A DNA stretch of 37,865 nt, from positions 1-37,865 of the forward strand of contig JAFYUY010000136.1 of the NCBI GenBank assembly GCA_017549405.1, read 5' to 3'. How positions within the stretch are numbered: position 1 is the stretch's first letter; every line of letters starts with the position of its first letter. The DNA is from Clostridia bacterium. Its GTDB lineage: Bacteria; Bacillota; Clostridia; Oscillospirales; CAG-382. This document shows, one piece after another, positions 1-8,957 of the stretch. The position numbers and the translations under genes were made by a program. The notes under the pieces were generated by a model. It saw nothing but the letters and a program-made list of their open reading frames with translations. It was not told where the DNA came from and did not search any database.

Positions 1-1
1 G

Positions 2-2881
2 CATATTATAGAATTCGATGCCCCAGAATACATATTCCATAAGGTTGGAAAGGTATTTCACATTTGTCTGTATGCAATCGCCCGTGGTGCTCGAGCGCTG
101 GTGTGTTACTGCTGTGTCGTATATCTGATACATCCAGTTGTTTTCCACGTGATAACCGTTGCATCCGCCATACACCTGAACGGCATTTCCGTAGTTGGTG
201 GCAGCGCCTGTGGAGCCGAGATTGAGCACCGAGCCGCCCAGCCACGAGAATACGCAGTTTGTAACGCGCACATTTTTGCAGGTGCCGAATGCGATGGCGT
301 GAGCGCCCGTGAATTTGAATGCAAGGTTATCGAATATTACATTCAAAGGCGCTCCGTTGAATATATGGGAGCTTTCGCCTATCTCAATGGATTTGAATCG
401 GGAGCCGGGATTGCCGTCCTTGCTGTAAAGGTAAAGCTCGCCGGGAGTGGAAACGGAATTGTTTGTGAGAACCGAATAAAACTGAAGATCTCCCGAAAGC
501 TCTTCGGGTCCGTCAAAGCCGTGGGTGGCTTTGTTCATTATGAGTCCGTATTTTTCGTGGTAGGAGCTTTCGCTGTAATCAAAAAGATCGTGGTCGAAGC
601 CAATAATACCGACATTTGTAACAAGATCGGTGAGCTTCCATACGTTTTTCCATTCTGTTTCTACCCAAAGCGCAGGGTCTGCATAATTCTTCTTTGACTG
701 CATGATAAGTGGCTTGGGTCCCTCACCGTAGCTTCCGTATACCACGTTGTTGAGCATTCCTGCGTTGCCGCGGTAAATGCCTCCGCGTTCAAAAAGGATG
801 GCTGAATTACGCTTGGGAGATTTGAGTGACGCAACATTCGCCATGGTCTTCCATGCGGTTTCGGGAGAAAGACCGTCGTTTTCGTCATTTCCGCTCTTTT
901 CGGAAACGTAGTATATATCGCCCGTCACTTTATCGGCATATATATCAAGAGTGTTGGGCGTGTTAAGCACGTCCTTTTTCATCTGCTCGGAAATGATATC
1001 AATTCCGTCGCGTATCCCGTCTGCAGAAAGCTCGCCTGCGCGGTCATAAAGACCTTTCACATACTCCTCTGCATTTTTGCCCGCAAGAGTGTAGGGTGTG
1101 GCAGCAGCCTTTGCTGTCCACGCAACGTTTTCCGCCCCCGCTGCCGCGATTATCCGCGGCTTTGCCCAATGGGATTCTATATCCGAGAAGGAGGCTGCAC
1201 CGCCCGCCTCAGCGGGAATTCTGCCGAGATATCTGTTTGCCATGGTAACAACTTCAGCTCGGGTTATGCTTGCATCGGGCTTGAAGGTTCCGTCGGGATA
1301 TCCCGCAACTATGCCGTTTACCGCAGCATAGGTTACTGCATGAATGTATTTGTGGTCATCGGGTACATCGGAAAAGTTTTTAACTTTTACCGACGAGGGA
1401 ACACCGTCAAGTGTACTTATTTTATAAAGAAGCTCTGCGAATTCCGCGCGGGTTATGTTCTGAGAGGGAAGGATATTTCCGTCCTGTGCAATTTGTGAAA
1501 GAACACCCAAGGTCTGCAAAAATCCGATGTAGCTGTCGTACCACGCTCCGCTCTCGGCATCTTTATAATTTGCAGAAACTTTGCCTTTTATGGAATTTTC
1601 ATCGGTAATAAGTCTTGTCACAAGAGTAAAAGCTTCGGCACGTGTCATGTTGTTCTGCGGGAGGAATGTGCCGTCGGCATAACCCGCCACAAATGCCGCA
1701 TTTTTGTTTGCCGCAACTATTACGGGGTCCACAATATCAATGGTATTCTGTGCGGCAGAAAGCGTGTATTTTCCGTTTTCCGAGGTTACCATGTTGCCGT
1801 TTATGATTGCAGTCTTGGCGGGAATTCCTATGGTATCGGAAAGCAAGACCGTTCCGTCGGAATGGTCATATTCTCCCATGCCGTTCTTTATTACAGCAAA
1901 GATATCGGCACAGCCCGCAGGGAGCTTTGCTCCGTTTGCTTCATCGGCAATTATAATAGTCTTTCCCGAAACGGTTCCCGTGCCGAGAGTTATTTCTCCG
2001 ACTTCCGTTCCGAAAATGCCAACATAAAGATTTCCCGAAACCTTGCCTCCGTCAGGGCGTATAACAAGCTTCGAAATTTCTCCGCCGTTTACAGTCACGG
2101 AAATATTTCCGTTATATTCGCCGTTTCCCGCAAGGAGAGAGGTCACTTTTGTATCCTTAACAGATATCGTGGAATTTCCTGAAGCGGTACCCTTCTCGCT
2201 GCCCGCAACAAGATTTTCGATCTTTACGTTTTCTGCCGTGATCTCGGTATCTGCCGAAAGGGATTTGCCCTTTACCGCACCCGAAACGATGTTGCCGAAG
2301 TTTCCGTCTTCAAGAATAATGGTGGATTTTGACGTAGCTTCACCCGATGCAACAGATACGGGATGCACGTAGCGTGCGTTTGTGGTGGTGCCCCTTAAAA
2401 ACTTAGATTCGAAGTAGGAATCAACCCCCGAAGCCGCATGGAAGGTATGACCGTTTGCGAAAATATAACCACCTTCGGGCATTCTCACATAAAGGTCGTT
2501 TAATATAAGGTCGCCGCCAAGAGCAGGGGTGGAGGTTCCTCCAGCTGCAAAATCAAGAATGTTTTCTATGGGATTGTTACCTGTGGCTTGAATATAAACA
2601 GGTGCTCTTCCTTCGGTATCCTTAAAGGAATTCACGGATATTTTTCCCGAAAAGATCATTCTTCCGCCCTCAGCACCCAAAGCCTTCAGAGCTTCACCGA
2701 AGCTTTTGGATGCGGTGTAGGATTTTCCGTTGAATCCCATCTTTCCGAAAGAGCTTATAAAAGCAAATCTTTGACCGTCTATTTCCGCAACATTCGCCGA
2801 TGCCGCAAAAGCGGTAAAGGGTACGGAAGAGAGCACGAAAAGAAGAGCAAGGATAAGGGATAAGATTCTTGTTTTTCTCAT
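2..2881 (-). CDS. Large secreted S-layer-homology (SLH) protein with right-handed beta-helix region; 3'-partial, runs off the left edge
   Basis: Translated by hand because it is absent from the ORF track. ATG at 2881 with SD AGGAGA and signal peptide MRKTRILSLILALLFVLSSVPFTAFA. SLH motifs GYADGTFLPQNNMTRAE, ILPSQNITRAEF, GYPDGTFKPDASITRAE and FSDIESHWA. Then YYVSEKSGNDENDGLSPETAWKT and beta-helix-like repeats. Open for 960 codons to the edge. Confidence 0.9.
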   Translation of the reverse strand, partial: MRKTRILSLILALLFVLSSVPFTAFAASANVAEIDGQRFAFISSFGKMGFNGKSYTASKSFGEALKALGAEGGRMIFSGKISVNSFKDTEGRAPVYIQATGNNPIENILDFAAGGTSTPALGGDLILNDLYVRMPEGGYIFANGHTFHAASGVDSYFESKFLRGTTTNARYVHPVSVASGEATSKSTIILEDGNFGNIVSGAVKGKSLSADTEITAENVKIENLVAGSEKGTASGNSTISVKDTKVTSLLAGNGEYNGNISVTVNGGEISKLVIRPDGGKVSGNLYVGIFGTEVGEITLGTGTVSGKTIIIADEANGAKLPAGCADIFAVIKNGMGEYDHSDGTVLLSDTIGIPAKTAIINGNMVTSENGKYTLSAAQNTIDIVDPVIVAANKNAAFVAGYADGTFLPQNNMTRAEAFTLVTRLITDENSIKGKVSANYKDAESGAWYDSYIGFLQTLGVLSQIAQDGNILPSQNITRAEFAELLYKISTLDGVPSSVKVKNFSDVPDDHKYIHAVTYAAVNGIVAGYPDGTFKPDASITRAEVVTMANRYLGRIPAEAGGAASFSDIESHWAKPRIIAAAGAENVAWTAKAAATPYTLAGKNAEEYVKGLYDRAGELSADGIRDGIDIISEQMKKDVLNTPNTLDIYADKVTGDIYYVSEKSGNDENDGLSPETAWKTMANVASLKSPKRNSAILFERGGIYRGNAGMLNNVVYGSYGEGPKPLIMQSKKNYADPALWVETEWKNVWKLTDLVTNVGIIGFDHDLFDYSESSYHEKYGLIMNKATHGFDGPEELSGDLQFYSVLTNNSVSTPGELYLYSKDGNPGSRFKSIEIGESSHIFNGAPLNVIFDNLAFKFTGAHAIAFGTCKNVRVTNCVFSWLGGSVLNLGSTGAATNYGNAVQVYGGCNGYHVENNWMYQIYDTAVTHQRSSTTGDCIQTNVKYLSNLMEYVFWGIEFYNM

Positions 2882-2986
2882 GTTTTTGAGTCTCCTTGAA
2901 AATTATATGCTGCCGCGCAGTTCAAAAATATTATCGCAGGTCAATCAGTAATAAACCGCATAAAAGCCCGACGGATAATTATTAAT

Positions 2987-3015
2987 ATTATAACATATAT
3001 CTTATTTTTTCTCAA
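2987..3015 (-). promoter_or_regulatory. Putative sigma-A promoter of the SLH gene
   Basis: TTGAGA-17bp-TATAAT with extended -10 (TGtTATAAT) on the minus strand. Confidence 0.65.
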
Positions 3016-3085
3016 CCAAAAGTATCATGTGATTATAACCAAAAATCAAGATGCGTTTTTGCCAACAGTTACAAAAACGGGGATC

Positions 3086-3113
3086 AAAAAAGTCTCCGAA
3101 GCGAAGACTTTTT
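3086..3113 (-). terminator. Intrinsic terminator after the AraC gene (potentially bidirectional)
   Basis: AAAAAGTCT-loop-AGACTTTTT inverted repeat with A/T tracts on both sides. Confidence 0.65.
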
Positions 3114-3141
3114 ACAAATAAGTTATCTGTTCCGTTTGAAA

Positions 3142-3945
3142 TTACCGTTTTTTGTTTTTATACTCCTTCGGCGATATTCCCACGCTTGCTTTGAAGACCG
3201 TGGAAAAATACAAGGGATCTGAAAACCCCGAAAGAAATGCCACGTTTTTAACAGAATCAATACCATGGTCAAACAGCGATACCGCATATTTCATGCGCAT
3301 ATTGCGCAGATATTCCGAATAGCTCATCCCCGTTTTTTCCTTGAAAAGATGGGAAAGATATTTGTAATTGTAGGAAAGCTCTTCCGAAAGAGCCGCTATG
3401 GAAAGAGTCGGGTCATTGAAACGCTGTTCTGTTATTTCCATTATTGTATCAACAAGGCGTATTTTTTCCGAAGTCTCCCCTTGCATACGTGAAAAAGTAT
3501 AAAGGAGAATGCTCTCTGAGGCAATGTCTATATTCTCGCCCGAGGCACGGGTAAGACTTTCGTGCCAAAGAGGTATTGTTCCGTCAAACCCCGAGAAGCA
3601 TCTTTTCACCTTGCTTACGCAGAATCTTTTAAGAAGTGCCTCTGCTCTCCCGCCCGAAAAATCAATATACATATATTCGCATTTTTCATCCTCCCGCGGT
3701 ATAACGCAAAAAGTCTCGTTTTCAAAGCCGAAAACAAGGCTTCCTGCAGAAAAATCCACAGAATGAGAATCAAAAAGAAACCGACCCGCACCAAAACGCA
3801 CAAGGATTGCACGGAAACTTTTTAATTTCATGGGCGTTCTCATAACCGTTTCTTCGGATTCATATATAAAGCAGTTTACTTTAAGAGTATCGGGAATTCC
3901 CGGCTGTACAAATTTGCAAATGTTTTTACTTTTCATAACACTCAT
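3142..3945 (-). CDS. AraC-family transcriptional regulator
   Basis: C-terminal double HTH: LSIAALSEELSYNYKYLSHLFK...VAFLSGFSDPLYFSTVFKASVGISPKEY. TGATG stop/start overlap with the upstream gene. Confidence 0.92.
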   Translation of the reverse strand: MSVMKSKNICKFVQPGIPDTLKVNCFIYESEETVMRTPMKLKSFRAILVRFGAGRFLFDSHSVDFSAGSLVFGFENETFCVIPREDEKCEYMYIDFSGGRAEALLKRFCVSKVKRCFSGFDGTIPLWHESLTRASGENIDIASESILLYTFSRMQGETSEKIRLVDTIMEITEQRFNDPTLSIAALSEELSYNYKYLSHLFKEKTGMSYSEYLRNMRMKYAVSLFDHGIDSVKNVAFLSGFSDPLYFSTVFKASVGISPKEYKNKKR

Positions 3946-4901
3946 CAGTTCAGAATTTCCGCAGGCGGTGCACCGGGAACTCTCTTTAACGGCACCGCAA
4001 AATCAAAGGCTTTGTTTACCACCTCAAACTCCGCACGCTCAGCAGAAAATATCTCGCCGTCTATACACACATCTGTTATTCCGTTTCTCGGGACAATGGA
4101 AATTTTGCGGCATTCCTTGCTTAAAAGAATATTTTCGATCCCGCGTTTGTCGTGCAAAGTACCTTTCATATATCCCGGCAAAAGGGAAATAAATTTACCG
4201 CGCGGCACATCCTTTATGATATTTATATCCATGGTTCCGCTGAGAACGCATGCTTTGGGATTGCTTTTTATACCACCGCCGCAAAAGCATCCGTTGGCGA
4301 TGGAGGTGAGCAGAAGTTTGCCGCTGTGCACCTTTTCTCCATCAAGAAATATATCAAGATCTGCGCCCTTTTTCCCCGCAAGATTTATGAGTATGGAAAG
4401 AAAATAAGCAAAGGAGCCCCGTATAAAAGGTTTTGTTTTAAGGCGTGACGTGAGGCTTGCCACGTTGCAGTCAAAGCCTATATTTATCATATTGGCACAG
4501 TAACCGCAGATCTTATGTTCACCTGCGGTAAGGGTGTATTTTATGGCATCGCACCATACGGTCGTGCAGGTCATCTGTTCATTAACATCCGAAAAATCGA
4601 GGTATTTATCAAAATTCCGACGAAAATCGTTACCTGTACCCGAGGGGATAACACCTATTTCGCACCCCTCACACTCCATAACTCCGCACAGCACTTCGGA
4701 AAGGGTGCCGTCTCCGCCGCACGCAATAAAACGGGCGGGGCCGTTTTTTTCGCAATAGGCTTTCACAAAATCAGCCGCATCTCCGCGGGAGCGAGTTATG
4801 TAGATATCAGCATTTTTTCCCGCATCACGGACAGTCTTGGAAATGCTGTCCGAAAGATCCTTTTTTCCTGCGCATGGGTTTATTATGAATATCGTTTTCA
4901 T
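3945..4901 (-). CDS. Diacylglycerol/lipid kinase family protein (YegS/BmrU/DgkB-like)
   Basis: Motifs IINPCAG, GGDGTLSEV, PSGTGNDF, IGFD, ANGxFCGGG and IDGE. Confidence 0.92.
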   Translation of the reverse strand: MKTIFIINPCAGKKDLSDSISKTVRDAGKNADIYITRSRGDAADFVKAYCEKNGPARFIACGGDGTLSEVLCGVMECEGCEIGVIPSGTGNDFRRNFDKYLDFSDVNEQMTCTTVWCDAIKYTLTAGEHKICGYCANMINIGFDCNVASLTSRLKTKPFIRGSFAYFLSILINLAGKKGADLDIFLDGEKVHSGKLLLTSIANGCFCGGGIKSNPKACVLSGTMDINIIKDVPRGKFISLLPGYMKGTLHDKRGIENILLSKECRKISIVPRNGITDVCIDGEIFSAERAEFEVVNKAFDFAVPLKRVPGAPPAEILN

Positions 4902-4933
4902 TTGATTTCCTCTGTTTGCGATTTTATGCTTTG

Positions 4934-4962
4934 ATTATACAACAAAATCTCAAAAATCTCAA
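4934..4962 (-). promoter_or_regulatory. Putative sigma-A promoter of the lipid kinase-araC operon
   Basis: TTGAGA-17bp-TATAAT on the minus strand. Confidence 0.6.
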
Positions 4963-5003
4963 GTATTTCAAACTTTTTTAAATGAAATTATGGAAAAATC
5001 CTA

Positions 5004-5031
5004 TTGTAACAGCAGATATATGTTGTATAAT
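5004..5031 (+). promoter_or_regulatory. Putative promoter of the Gfo/Idh/MocA gene
   Basis: TTGTAA-16bp-TATAAT, with a second overlapping TATAAT at 5031-5036. Confidence 0.45.
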
Positions 5032-5093
5032 ATAATTGAACGGGACGATCTTTCGTTCAAAAACATACGACCAGTTCTTTTGTGAGGTATGAT

Positions 5094-6338
5094 ATGAAAA
5101 ATCTTAAAATAGGTGTTTTCGGCACAGGCAGAGGTGCACACATTGCGCGCAATTTCATGATGGCAGGCTGCGATATCGTTGCCATGTGCGATCTTGACGA
5201 AAAAAGACTTAAAAGCGGTGCTGCATATGTCGGCGGCACTCCCGCACTTTACAAAGATTTCGACGAGTTTATACAGCACGATATGGACGCTGTTATCCTT
5301 GCCAATTATTTCCATGAACACGCACCGTTTGCCATAAAGTGTTTTGAACGCGGCATCCATGTTTTTTCCGAATGCATAAGCAACGGCACCATGGCAGAGG
5401 GCGTGGAACTTATCCGTGCCTTTGAAAAGAGCACTTCCGTCTACATGCTGGCGGAAAACTATCCGCAAATGATATTTAACCGAGAGATAAAGCGCATTTG
5501 CGACAGCGGGACCCTCGGCAAGATACTTTATGCGGAGGGTGAATATAATCATCCCGGTGACGCCTGGAACATAGATTTCAAAAAAGAATACTGCTACTTC
5601 CGCAAACATTGGCGCAACTTTCTGCCCCGCACTTACTATATAACCCATTCCCTGGGACCTGTTATGAATGCCACGGGCGCCACACCGAAAAAGGTGACCG
5701 CATTTGCTGCATTTGCCCCCGTTGCGGGAGAAGCTCCCGTTTCATCTTATGTGGGCGACCGTGCGGCAATCGTCACAACACAGAATGATGACGGTTCCAT
5801 ATTCCGCATTACGGGCTGTGCGGGATTCGGTGCTCACCACAACGCTTACCGCGTGTGCGGAACAAAGGGGCAGATAGAAAATCTTCGTGGCATGGGCGAC
5901 AAGGTTATGCTGAGATACAACGATTGGGAAATGCCCGAAGGAGCGCAGGAGATAAACTGCTATGAGCCGTCATGGAACGACCGCGATGAAGAGCTTATAA
6001 AAAAGAGCGGTCACGGAGGAGGAGATTACCTCACGGCGCGTATGTTCGTAGAATGTATACGCGAGGGAAAACAACCGCCTCACCCGTTTGACATTCATTC
6101 CGCAGTTGCCATGTCCTCCACGGCGATCCTTGCCCACCGTTCAATGCTTGAAGGCGGAAAGCCCTATGATATTCCCGATTTCCGTCTCGAAGAATGCCGC
6201 AAGCAGTATGAGAACGACAGACTTTCGCCCTTTTATCTGGCAGACGGCACACCTCCCACGATTCCCTGCTGCTCACATACCGATTTTGAACCCTCCGCCG
6301 AGCAGCTGGCACTTTTTGATAAGGTCCTTTCGGAATAA
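5094..6338 (+). CDS. Gfo/Idh/MocA-family NAD(P)-dependent oxidoreductase, GH109-like
   Basis: Rossmann motif IGVFGTGRG; YITHSLGPV and GHGGGD resemble GH109 motifs. SD GAGGT favours ATG 5094 over GTG 5082. Confidence 0.85.
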   Translation: MKNLKIGVFGTGRGAHIARNFMMAGCDIVAMCDLDEKRLKSGAAYVGGTPALYKDFDEFIQHDMDAVILANYFHEHAPFAIKCFERGIHVFSECISNGTMAEGVELIRAFEKSTSVYMLAENYPQMIFNREIKRICDSGTLGKILYAEGEYNHPGDAWNIDFKKEYCYFRKHWRNFLPRTYYITHSLGPVMNATGATPKKVTAFAAFAPVAGEAPVSSYVGDRAAIVTTQNDDGSIFRITGCAGFGAHHNAYRVCGTKGQIENLRGMGDKVMLRYNDWEMPEGAQEINCYEPSWNDRDEELIKKSGHGGGDYLTARMFVECIREGKQPPHPFDIHSAVAMSSTAILAHRSMLEGGKPYDIPDFRLEECRKQYENDRLSPFYLADGTPPTIPCCSHTDFEPSAEQLALFDKVLSE

Positions 6339-6415
6339 CGGAGCTTGATCCGTCATGCACGGAGCCGGTCCGCTTATCGCGGCTGGCTGATTTGCAACTG
6401 AAATCATACATAAAT

Positions 6416-6441
6416 AAAGGGGCTGTGAAAGCCCCTTTTTT
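6416..6441. terminator. Bidirectional intrinsic terminator between convergent genes
   Basis: AAAGGGGCT-GTGAA-AGCCCCTTTTTT. Confidence 0.85.
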
Positions 6442-6504
6442 ATATTTGGTTGATCTGTCAACAACAGAGCATGATTTCAATACCTCTGTCCAAGGTTTTC
6501 GCCA

Positions 6505-7554
6505 TCACCCGCAAATTATACCGCCACCGAGCAAGACTCCGTCCTCATCATACAGTACGGCAGACTGACCGGGAGTTGCGGCTCGTTGGGGCTCGTCGAA
6601 GGTAAGATCCAGTTTATCATTTTGTGCATTGTAGAAAACATCTGCATATGCAGCTCTTGCGGAATATCGCAGCTTTACAAAAGCCTTGAAATTCATGTCT
6701 GCGCCCGTTTTGTCAAACGCCTGAAAATTAACATCACGTACTGTGACGGTGGTGGTATAAAGTCCGTCCTCGGGGCAGAGTATCACGCGGTTATCTGCAA
6801 AATCCTTTGATTTAACATACAAGGGCGCCGGAAGTGAAAGCCCAAGACCTTTGCGCTGACCCGTGGTATAGCGGATAATTCCTTTGTGAGTTCCAAGCAC
6901 TTTTCCGTCCTCGGTCACAAATTCACCGGGCGCAAATCTTGTTCCGAGAAAATCCTCCACAAAGTCGGCATAATCGCCGTTTATAAAGCATATATCCTGG
7001 CTGTCCTTTTTGCCCGCTGAGGAAAAACCGTGCTCGTGCGCTATGGTGCGGGTCTCATCCTTCTGATACGTGCCCAGCGGAAACACAAGATATTCCACCT
7101 GGGAAGGAGAAAGCTTCCACAAAACATAGCTCTGATCTTTTTTGGGATCGGAAGCCTGAGAAATGACCTTCCTTCCGTATTTTTCGGAATATTTGCAGTT
7201 TGCATAATGACCCGTTGCAACACCGCAAAAACCCGCATCTTTTGCCATATTTATAAGCATTCCGAGCTTTATTTTCGGGTTGCATTCCACGCATGGGTTT
7301 GGTGTGTCGCCCTTTGCGTAGCTTTCCGCAAAACCCCGCATTATGCTGTTTTTGAATTCTTCTCTGCAATCGCGTATGGTGTGGGGGAGCCCGAGTTTTT
7401 CGCACAACACCCTTGCATCATCCGCTTCTTTTTCTGTGCCGGGGCACATGATGAGAGTGACTCCCGACACGTCATACCCCTCATTTTGCAAAAGCAGCGC
7501 TGTGACGGCGCTGTCCACGCCGCCGCTCAACGCTGCAATAATTTTTTTATTCAT
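6505..7554 (-). CDS. mnmA: tRNA 2-thiouridine(34) synthase MnmA
   Basis: SGGVDS, TPNPCVECN, ATGHYA, KDQSY, DSQDICF, GQRKGLG and TPGQSAVLY. Confidence 0.97.
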   Translation of the reverse strand: MNKKIIAALSGGVDSAVTALLLQNEGYDVSGVTLIMCPGTEKEADDARVLCEKLGLPHTIRDCREEFKNSIMRGFAESYAKGDTPNPCVECNPKIKLGMLINMAKDAGFCGVATGHYANCKYSEKYGRKVISQASDPKKDQSYVLWKLSPSQVEYLVFPLGTYQKDETRTIAHEHGFSSAGKKDSQDICFINGDYADFVEDFLGTRFAPGEFVTEDGKVLGTHKGIIRYTTGQRKGLGLSLPAPLYVKSKDFADNRVILCPEDGLYTTTVTVRDVNFQAFDKTGADMNFKAFVKLRYSARAAYADVFYNAQNDKLDLTFDEPQRAATPGQSAVLYDEDGVLLGGGIICG

Positions 7555-8938
7555 ATTCTATTTCTTTTCCCGTAAATTCTGCATGATATCCGCCGCACTT
7601 GCCTGCAATACGTGAGATCTTAATATTTTCCCCGTCCACCTCAAACTTATAGGTGATCTTGTGGGGGCAATTTATGCCGCGAAGGGTAAATATCAGAGCA
7701 TCTCCCTCCGTGCGTGCACACGAGAAATATTCAAGATCACGATTGCGATTTAATGTCAGATCATCAAGCGTAGGCATCACAAAAGCGCCGCGCATAACAC
7801 CGTATGTCCATTCTCCCGAAACACCCTCCATAACGTTTGCGCGCTCACAGGAGGTGAGCACCGCATTTATGCCGCAAGGTGTTTTATCGAAGCGTACGGA
7901 TGAAAAACCGCACGGATTTTCATCAAGGGCAAAGGCTTTACCGACAAACTTAACGTCATCTGCATTTATTTTATCTGCCCCATAAAATTCCTCAAGGAAA
8001 CTGTCAAGCTCATTGCCTATGGGCGCAGGGTCGTTATCCAGCGCATTTATGAAGTCGAAGAAGCAGTCCATTTCCGACTGCATATCACCGCACTCGGCAA
8101 TTGCCGCGATCACGATATTTTTCTCGGGGTAAACTATACATGCCTGACCGAAGGCACCGTCTCCGCGGAATCCGCCGCGGTAATTGCGCCAGAACTGAAG
8201 CCCGTAACCGGCACACCAATCGGGGTTGCCGTTGCCCGAATTGTCGGAAATTGCGGTCTGCGCGGTTTGCACATATTCTTCGGAAAGAAGTCTTTTGCCG
8301 TTCCATATGCCACCATTTAGGTAAAGAAGTCCCAGCTTTGCCGCATCATCGCAGCACACATTGAATCCGACTCCGCCTTCGGAAAATCCGTGAGCGGAAA
8401 ACCATTCCGAACCGCATATATCCATATGGCAGAAAAGACGGCGTTCAAGAAGATCAAGTACCGTAAGCCCCGTTTTTTTCGTTACGCAGGCAGAGGCGAT
8501 ATATGTTGCACCCGTGTTATAGGCAAAATGAGTTCCCGGTTCATGCTCGGGAGGAAGGGAAAGAAAAGCTGCCACAGGGTCATCAGTGGGGAGGATCCTT
8601 GTCATAACACAGCCGTCATGTCCCGTGTTCATGGAGAGCACATGACGCAGAGTCATTTTTTTGGTGTTTTCGGAAACATTCTCGGGCACCTTTTCGGGGA
8701 AAATATCTATTATCTTATCGTCAAGGGAAAGATATCCCATATCACACGCAAGTCCGACTGCCGTGGAGCAAAAGGATTTGCTGAGCGAATAAACATGATT
8801 CTTCTGATATTCCGTATAGGGCTTTGCCGCACCGGAAAATATTTTTTTACCGCCGCAGTAAACAGTAAGAGCGTGTAGCTCTTTATCACCGTTTCTAAGG
8901 CTTGTGAAAAGCTCTTTTATTGCACAAGCTGTGTTCAT
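7547..8938 (-). CDS. Serine hydrolase, beta-lactamase/AmpC-like fold, with C-terminal extension
   Basis: SxxK (YSLSKS), FAYNTG, WNGKRLL and GDGAFGQ motifs; 8-bp overlap with the mnmA start. Confidence 0.88.
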   Translation of the reverse strand: MNTACAIKELFTSLRNGDKELHALTVYCGGKKIFSGAAKPYTEYQKNHVYSLSKSFCSTAVGLACDMGYLSLDDKIIDIFPEKVPENVSENTKKMTLRHVLSMNTGHDGCVMTRILPTDDPVAAFLSLPPEHEPGTHFAYNTGATYIASACVTKKTGLTVLDLLERRLFCHMDICGSEWFSAHGFSEGGVGFNVCCDDAAKLGLLYLNGGIWNGKRLLSEEYVQTAQTAISDNSGNGNPDWCAGYGLQFWRNYRGGFRGDGAFGQACIVYPEKNIVIAAIAECGDMQSEMDCFFDFINALDNDPAPIGNELDSFLEEFYGADKINADDVKFVGKAFALDENPCGFSSVRFDKTPCGINAVLTSCERANVMEGVSGEWTYGVMRGAFVMPTLDDLTLNRNRDLEYFSCARTEGDALIFTLRGINCPHKITYKFEVDGENIKISRIAGKCGGYHAEFTGKEIEYE

Positions 8939-8957
8939 GGCTGTCCTCCGGGATGCT

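Noticed and set aside
101-2863. Numerous short ORFs on both strands in the first 2.9 kb
   Set aside because: All are shadows or alternative frames of the single long minus-strand SLH gene
2882-2980. Riboswitch in the ~100-nt leader of the SLH gene
   Set aside because: No recognisable aptamer consensus or terminator/antiterminator by eye; an Rfam scan would settle it
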